Part shown: positions 59,645 to 64,000 of the stretch, in pieces | Position numbering within the stretch: position 1 is the first letter of the stretch | Layout: each line of letters opens with the position of its first letter | Source of the DNA: an uncultured Veillonellaceae bacterium | GTDB lineage: Bacteria > Bacillota > Negativicutes > Selenomonadales > Selenomonadaceae | Assembly: GCA_945949525.1 (NCBI GenBank) | Contig: CAMFES010000002.1 | Span: 12,988-76,987 of the forward strand | Length of the DNA: 64,000 nucleotides | Reading direction: 5' to 3' | The notes under the pieces: generated by a model | Database searches by the model: none | Told to the model about the DNA's origin: nothing | The model's input: the letters and a program-made list of their open reading frames with translations, nothing else | Position numbers and translations under genes: made by a program

Positions 59645-60553
59645 ATGAAAAAGCTACTTTATATTTTAACCGCTGCTGTATTGCTCTGCACGGCCTTGCT
59701 GGCAGGCTGCGGCCAGTCCTCCCAGTCCGGCACCGCCAAAAAGGACGACGGCAGCTTCCGCATCGTTACATCCTTCTATCCCGTTTATATTGCAACGGCC
59801 AATATTACCAGAGGGGTGGACGGCGTAGAGGTGGTCAACATGACAAAGCCCCAGACAGGCTGTCTGCACGATTACCAGCTTACCACTGACGACATGAAGG
59901 CCCTGGACAGCGCGGATGCCTTCGTGGCCAACGGCGCCGGTATGGAGGCCTTTCTGGACAAGGTAATAAAGGAGCATAGCGGCATGAAGGTCATTGACGC
60001 CTCCAGGGGCATCGAGCTTCTGAAGGACGAGGAGGGCGAGAACCCTCATGTATGGCTGAGCATCACAGATGCAATCCGTCAGGTCGAAAACATCGCCGAC
60101 CAGCTTTCCGAGGCTGACCCGAAGCACGCCGATGCCTACAAGGCCAACGCCGCGGCGTATACCGACAAGCTGAAGGCCCTGCAGGGCAGGCTCCACGCCC
60201 AGCTGGACAGCCTTCCACACCGCGACATAGTCACCTTCCATGAGGCCTTCCCTTACTTTGCCAAGGAGTTCAACCTGAACATTGTCAAGGTAATCGAGCG
60301 GGAGCCTGGTACCGAGCCAACTCCGTCCGAGCTGCAGGAAACCATCGAAGAGGTAAACAAGCTGCCTGTAAGGGTACTGTTTACCGAGCCGCAGTATTCC
60401 CCGTCAGCCGCCGAAACCATCAGCCGTGAAACCGGCGCAAAAATCTACAGCCTTGACCCGGTTGTAACAGGCGAGGCTGACGACAGCGCACTGGACGCCT
60501 ACATCACCACCATGGAGAAGAACGCCGCCGTCCTGCAGGAAGCGCTGAAGTAA
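59645..60553 (+). CDS. Zn/Mn ABC transporter substrate-binding lipoprotein (ZnuA/TroA family)
   Basis: Lipobox LLAGC, VTSFYP, LHDYQLT, NPHVWLS, TFHEAFPYFA, LDP. Confidence 0.92.
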   Translation: MKKLLYILTAAVLLCTALLAGCGQSSQSGTAKKDDGSFRIVTSFYPVYIATANITRGVDGVEVVNMTKPQTGCLHDYQLTTDDMKALDSADAFVANGAGMEAFLDKVIKEHSGMKVIDASRGIELLKDEEGENPHVWLSITDAIRQVENIADQLSEADPKHADAYKANAAAYTDKLKALQGRLHAQLDSLPHRDIVTFHEAFPYFAKEFNLNIVKVIEREPGTEPTPSELQETIEEVNKLPVRVLFTEPQYSPSAAETISRETGAKIYSLDPVVTGEADDSALDAYITTMEKNAAVLQEALK

Positions 60554-60634
60554 TCACCATAAAATGGCCAATAACCCATAACCATAAAACACAAAACACA
60601 AACCAATGACCAATAACTAATAGCCAATAACCAT

Positions 60635-60693
60635 AAAAAAGCCACAGTCGATGCCATGACTGCTCCTGCAGCCCGGCACGACCGTGGCTTTTT
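60635..60693. terminator. long hairpin, probable bidirectional terminator between convergent genes
   Basis: AAAAAAGCCAC...GTGGCTTTTT enclosing GTCG/CGAC, TGCC/GGCA and CTGC/GCAG pairs. Confidence 0.6.
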
Positions 60694-60812
60694 GCTATGT
60701 CTTTGCTATGTCTTTGCTAGGTTTTGCTATGCCTGTTCATGTACATGCCGCGTTGCCGACCATTGCCCTCACAATGCCATCCAGTGCCTTTGCAGCACCA
60801 TACTCCTACATC

Positions 60813-61694
60813 CTACAGCACGCTTCTCCTGCGCTGTTTTCTCTGGCACATGTCCAAATCGGCCTTCTCCAGCACGCGGCGCAAATCATCCCGCACCGAA
60901 AGGGCCGTGGAAATGCCATAGGAAATACTCAGCGGCTGGTTCTTGATACGGTACTGGTCATACTGCTCCTTGAAAATGCGCATGATGGCCTTCGCCTCAT
61001 TTTCATCCGTATTGACCAGCACGATGATGAACTCATCGCCGCCCACCCGGTATACCATGGTATCCTCCGGCAGAGCCAGCTCCATGACCATGGCCGTCAT
61101 GCGGATATACTCATCCCCGGTGGCGCGGCCATAGATATCATTTACCATCTGCAGTCCGTCACAATCTGCGCTGACGATGCTCACCGGCATAGAATCCTCC
61201 GTAAGCCGCTCCAGGTCCCGCATCAGACTGTTGCGGTTCCCCAGCCCTGTCAGACTGTCCGTCATGGCCATCCTGTTCAGATTGCGCTTGATTTTTTCGC
61301 TCTCCGTCACATCGTTAATCAGGCCCACGATGCCTACAACATTCCCGTTGCTGTCCTTGACCGGTTCCTTGACTATCTCCAGGAATTCCTGCACGCCATT
61401 CTGAAAAATCTCGATTACGTAGCGGCACCCCTTGCCCGACCGTATAATCTCCCTGTCCTTCTCCATAGCCAGCATGGCATTTTCCTTGTCCTCGCGAATC
61501 TCCACATCGGTCTTGCCACGGATGCTCCAGCCAGGCTCATCCTTGTCCCGCAGATGATGCCAATACTGGGTACAAAAGATATACCTTCCCTCGGCATCCT
61601 TCAGGTAAATATTTGCAGGCAAAAGCCGCAAAATATCTTCCATTTCCTCAAATGTCATAGAATCACTAAAATATTTTCCAGACACGCCAGACAT
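60813..61694 (-). CDS. PAS-GGDEF diguanylate cyclase
   Basis: PAS-like NIYLKDAEGRY...GIVGL; TDSLTGLGNR, VNDIYG..TGD, YRVGGDEF; start uncertain. Confidence 0.9.
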   Translation of the reverse strand: MSGVSGKYFSDSMTFEEMEDILRLLPANIYLKDAEGRYIFCTQYWHHLRDKDEPGWSIRGKTDVEIREDKENAMLAMEKDREIIRSGKGCRYVIEIFQNGVQEFLEIVKEPVKDSNGNVVGIVGLINDVTESEKIKRNLNRMAMTDSLTGLGNRNSLMRDLERLTEDSMPVSIVSADCDGLQMVNDIYGRATGDEYIRMTAMVMELALPEDTMVYRVGGDEFIIVLVNTDENEAKAIMRIFKEQYDQYRIKNQPLSISYGISTALSVRDDLRRVLEKADLDMCQRKQRRRSVL

Positions 61695-61789
61695 CCCCTC
61701 ACATCCAATTCTCTCTTGTTCCACAATACCCCTCTGCTGACAATTTCCTGCCAGCACCTTTCTGCCAATAACCTCCTGCCAATACCCTT

Positions 61790-63373
61790 CTACCAGTATT
61801 TTCTCATTACCCCTAGCAGCTTTTCCAAATCAATGGGCTTTGCCAGATGCTCATTCATCCCGGCGGCCTTCGACTTGCCTATATCCTCTGCAAAGGCGTT
61901 GGCACTCATGGCCACAATCGGCAGCGTCCCCGCATCAGGCCGCTCCAGCCCACGGATGGCCATGGCCGCCGCCAGACCGTCCATCACCGGCATCCTGATA
62001 TCCATCAGCACCAGGTCATAGTACCCCGCCTGGGAATCTCTCACCTTTTCCAAGGCAATCAGTCCATTCTCCGCACAATCCACCTCTACGCCTGCCGCCT
62101 CCAGCACGGTGGCCGCAATCTCACGGTTCAGCTCATGATCCTCCACCAAAAGCACGCGCCTGCCGGAAAAATCATTTTGGGCAAAATCCTGCAGGCTGAT
62201 ATCCCTGCGGAGCTTCACACCGCCCCTGGCCCTCTTCATGCGGAAGGTGACCGTAAAGGTGCTGCCATGATTGAGGCTGCTCTCCACAGCAATATCACCG
62301 TCCATCATGCGTACTATATTGCGGGTAATGGCCATGCCCAGGCCGGTTCCCTGAATCTTCTGCACCCTGTCGTCATTGGCTCTTTCAAAGGGCTTGAACA
62401 GATTCTCCACAGTCTGCCTGCTCATGCCAAAGCCGGAATCCTGGCAGACAAACTCATACTCTGCAATATTCTTGCTGTCCAGGGGCTTCTCCCGAAAGGA
62501 TATCCTGACGCTGCCACCTGGCGGCGTGTACTTCACCGCATTGCCGGCTATGTTGGTAAAGGCCTGCTGCAAGCGAAGCTGATCCCCCATCACGCACTCA
62601 TGGGAAAGCTCCCCCAGCTCCAGGCTGAACCTCAGCCCCTTGGCCTCCATCTGCGGCATCAGCATGTTCACCATGTTGTCCAGCAAAATTTTCAGGCTGA
62701 AGACCTCCTTGTTCAAAGACAGATTGCCGGACTCAATCTTTGACAAATCCAGAATATCGTTAATCAGGGAGAGAAGGTGATTCCCCGCCCCCAGTATCTT
62801 GTCCAGGCAGTCCTTCACCTTTTCCGGGTCATCCAGGTGCATCCCCGCAATAGCCGCCATGCCGAGGATACCGTTCAGAGGCGTGCGCACATCATGGGAA
62901 ACGCTGTTCAGAAACTGTGACTTTGCCTCGTTGGCGGCCTGAGCCATGACCAGCTTCTGCTTTTCCTCATACTCCCTGGTCACGTTGCGCCCCAAAAGGT
63001 GCAAAAGCTGCTTGCCCTCCTTGTTCATGGTGAAAAACATATTCACCTCATGCCATTCGTAGCTCTTGGCACCCGGATAGCGCACAGGATACTCCAGTCC
63101 CCCCAGATAGCCCACACGCCCCCGCTGGCTGAAAAGATTGTCTATGCTGATAATCCGCTTCATAGCTTCAATATAGGCCGGCGGCACCATGCCCATGTTG
63201 GCCATGGAAGCCTCCGAAAACTTCTTATAGCGCCTGAACAAAGCCACCGTCCGCTCCAGTCCTGTTCCCTCTATGATGAAAAACTCGTCCTTTTCCAGAT
63301 TGACAATGATATTGTAGCCATAAAGCATCTTTGTTATCTCCGACAAGGCCTGGTCGGTTTCCACGTGCATCAT
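61790..63373 (-). CDS. hybrid sensor histidine kinase / response regulator
   Basis: SHDVRTPLNGI H-box, NAVKYT, DSGFG, GTGLG; receiver LLVED...MDIRMPVMDG...KP. Confidence 0.94.
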   Translation of the reverse strand: MMHVETDQALSEITKMLYGYNIIVNLEKDEFFIIEGTGLERTVALFRRYKKFSEASMANMGMVPPAYIEAMKRIISIDNLFSQRGRVGYLGGLEYPVRYPGAKSYEWHEVNMFFTMNKEGKQLLHLLGRNVTREYEEKQKLVMAQAANEAKSQFLNSVSHDVRTPLNGILGMAAIAGMHLDDPEKVKDCLDKILGAGNHLLSLINDILDLSKIESGNLSLNKEVFSLKILLDNMVNMLMPQMEAKGLRFSLELGELSHECVMGDQLRLQQAFTNIAGNAVKYTPPGGSVRISFREKPLDSKNIAEYEFVCQDSGFGMSRQTVENLFKPFERANDDRVQKIQGTGLGMAITRNIVRMMDGDIAVESSLNHGSTFTVTFRMKRARGGVKLRRDISLQDFAQNDFSGRRVLLVEDHELNREIAATVLEAAGVEVDCAENGLIALEKVRDSQAGYYDLVLMDIRMPVMDGLAAAMAIRGLERPDAGTLPIVAMSANAFAEDIGKSKAAGMNEHLAKPIDLEKLLGVMRKYW

Positions 63374-63544
63374 GTAACTATCTCTCCCACTCAAAAATTC
63401 CAGCGCCGCATATCCACTGCCCTTTCAGCCTTCCATGCCCCTATATATGCCGTATGCAGACAGCAGCTCATCATAATATTTCCAGTTCTTATTAATATCT
63501 CCGGTTCTTATATGTCTATTCTACATGAAAATGAAAAATCCTGC

Positions 63545-63584
63545 AAAAAAATATACCCGCATCAAAAATATGATGCGGGTATAT
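63545..63584 (-). terminator. intrinsic terminator after the DUF805 gene
   Basis: 14-bp stem ATATACCCGCATCA/TGATGCGGGTATAT followed by T6 on the minus strand. Confidence 0.75.
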
Positions 63585-63607
63585 GCGGAAGATCAAGCAC
63601 CCATGTC

Positions 63608-63994
63608 TTAGGAGGCAGGACCAAACTGGTTGGCTCCGTCATTGCCCTTCAGCACAGCCAGCGCCAGAACCACAGCAATATTCAGCGCACTGGCCAGATT
63701 CATGATAATCTGGTTATCAACAAAGTACACGATAAAGCTGAATACCGAGGGCAAAATAACCGCCAGCGTCCAGCGGCCACCCTTGCCCAGATCATGCAGG
63801 CGCCTGATGCCGAGGCAAACCATTATCACCTGGGCCACTATACCGATGCCCATGCTATAAAAGTAGACAGCCCCTCCCGGCTCTATCTTGTCTGCCTCTC
63901 CGGAACCCAGCAAAACTGCAACAGATACCATGATCAGAAACACGGAAACCACGACAGTCGCCAGATAATACATAATATACTTCTTGCGGTTCAA
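63608..63994 (-). CDS. DUF805 family inner-membrane protein (5' end may extend beyond the window)
   Basis: NRKKY, IRRLHDLGKGG, G..GANQFG motifs, TM helices. Confidence 0.85.
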   Translation of the reverse strand: MNRKKYIMYYLATVVVSVFLIMVSVAVLLGSGEADKIEPGGAVYFYSMGIGIVAQVIMVCLGIRRLHDLGKGGRWTLAVILPSVFSFIVYFVDNQIIMNLASALNIAVVLALAVLKGNDGANQFGPAS

Positions 63995-64000
63995 CCTACC

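Noticed and set aside
59178-59645. Small ORFs in the ribF intergenic region (46-aa minus-strand ORF and the 59331-59645 plus-strand ORF)
   Set aside because: They run through promoter elements, a terminator and low-complexity repeats, and lack a well-spaced RBS.
59370-60735. Short repeats as a CRISPR array
   Set aside because: Units are 7-11 bp, tandem and without unique spacers; no cas genes.

Overview
Bacterial chromosomal window, almost entirely minus-strand. The gene repertoire and order (mltG-yrrM-U32-aroQ-Xaa-Pro peptidase; ruvAB-queH-spoIID-queA; cmk-plsC-ispH-rpsA-der-plsY; ribF-rpsO) point to an anaerobic Bacillota, probably Negativicutes/Selenomonadaceae (inference). Housekeeping genes occupy about 1-6.3 kb and 37-59 kb; a metal-binding lipoprotein, a GGDEF protein, a hybrid histidine kinase and a DUF805 gene close the window. 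The accessory core is a ~30 kb surface-glycan locus (about 7.0-36.7 kb). It contains pglF/wbpM, wbpA-B-D-E and a visibly AT-rich tailoring block resembling the Bordetella wbm O-antigen set: three AsnB-like amidotransferases (one broken), two formyltransferases, a WbmS-like deacetylase, an exported transglutaminase-like protein with a G8 tract, and a radical SAM/DegT pair. It also has a flippase, four glycosyltransferases and an unusual aldolase + PLP decarboxylase + phosphoglycosyltransferase + class IV aminotransferase module that could build a new C-branched amino sugar. Inside the locus, on the opposite strand and apparently replacing wbpI (only its last codons remain), is a tandem Rpn/PD-(D/E)XK nuclease cassette. 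It has two near-identical nuclease cores with different tails, strong internal start sites for the tails, and two free-standing tail variants showing signs of sequence exchange. Smaller observations: a probable IS30 remnant upstream of ldh, a yoeB fragment beside hicAB, a perfect 32-bp palindrome between ruvA and comM, and a candidate ~100-nt sRNA next to ribF. No rRNA, tRNA or CRISPR array was seen. All family calls come from motif recognition by eye, not database searches.
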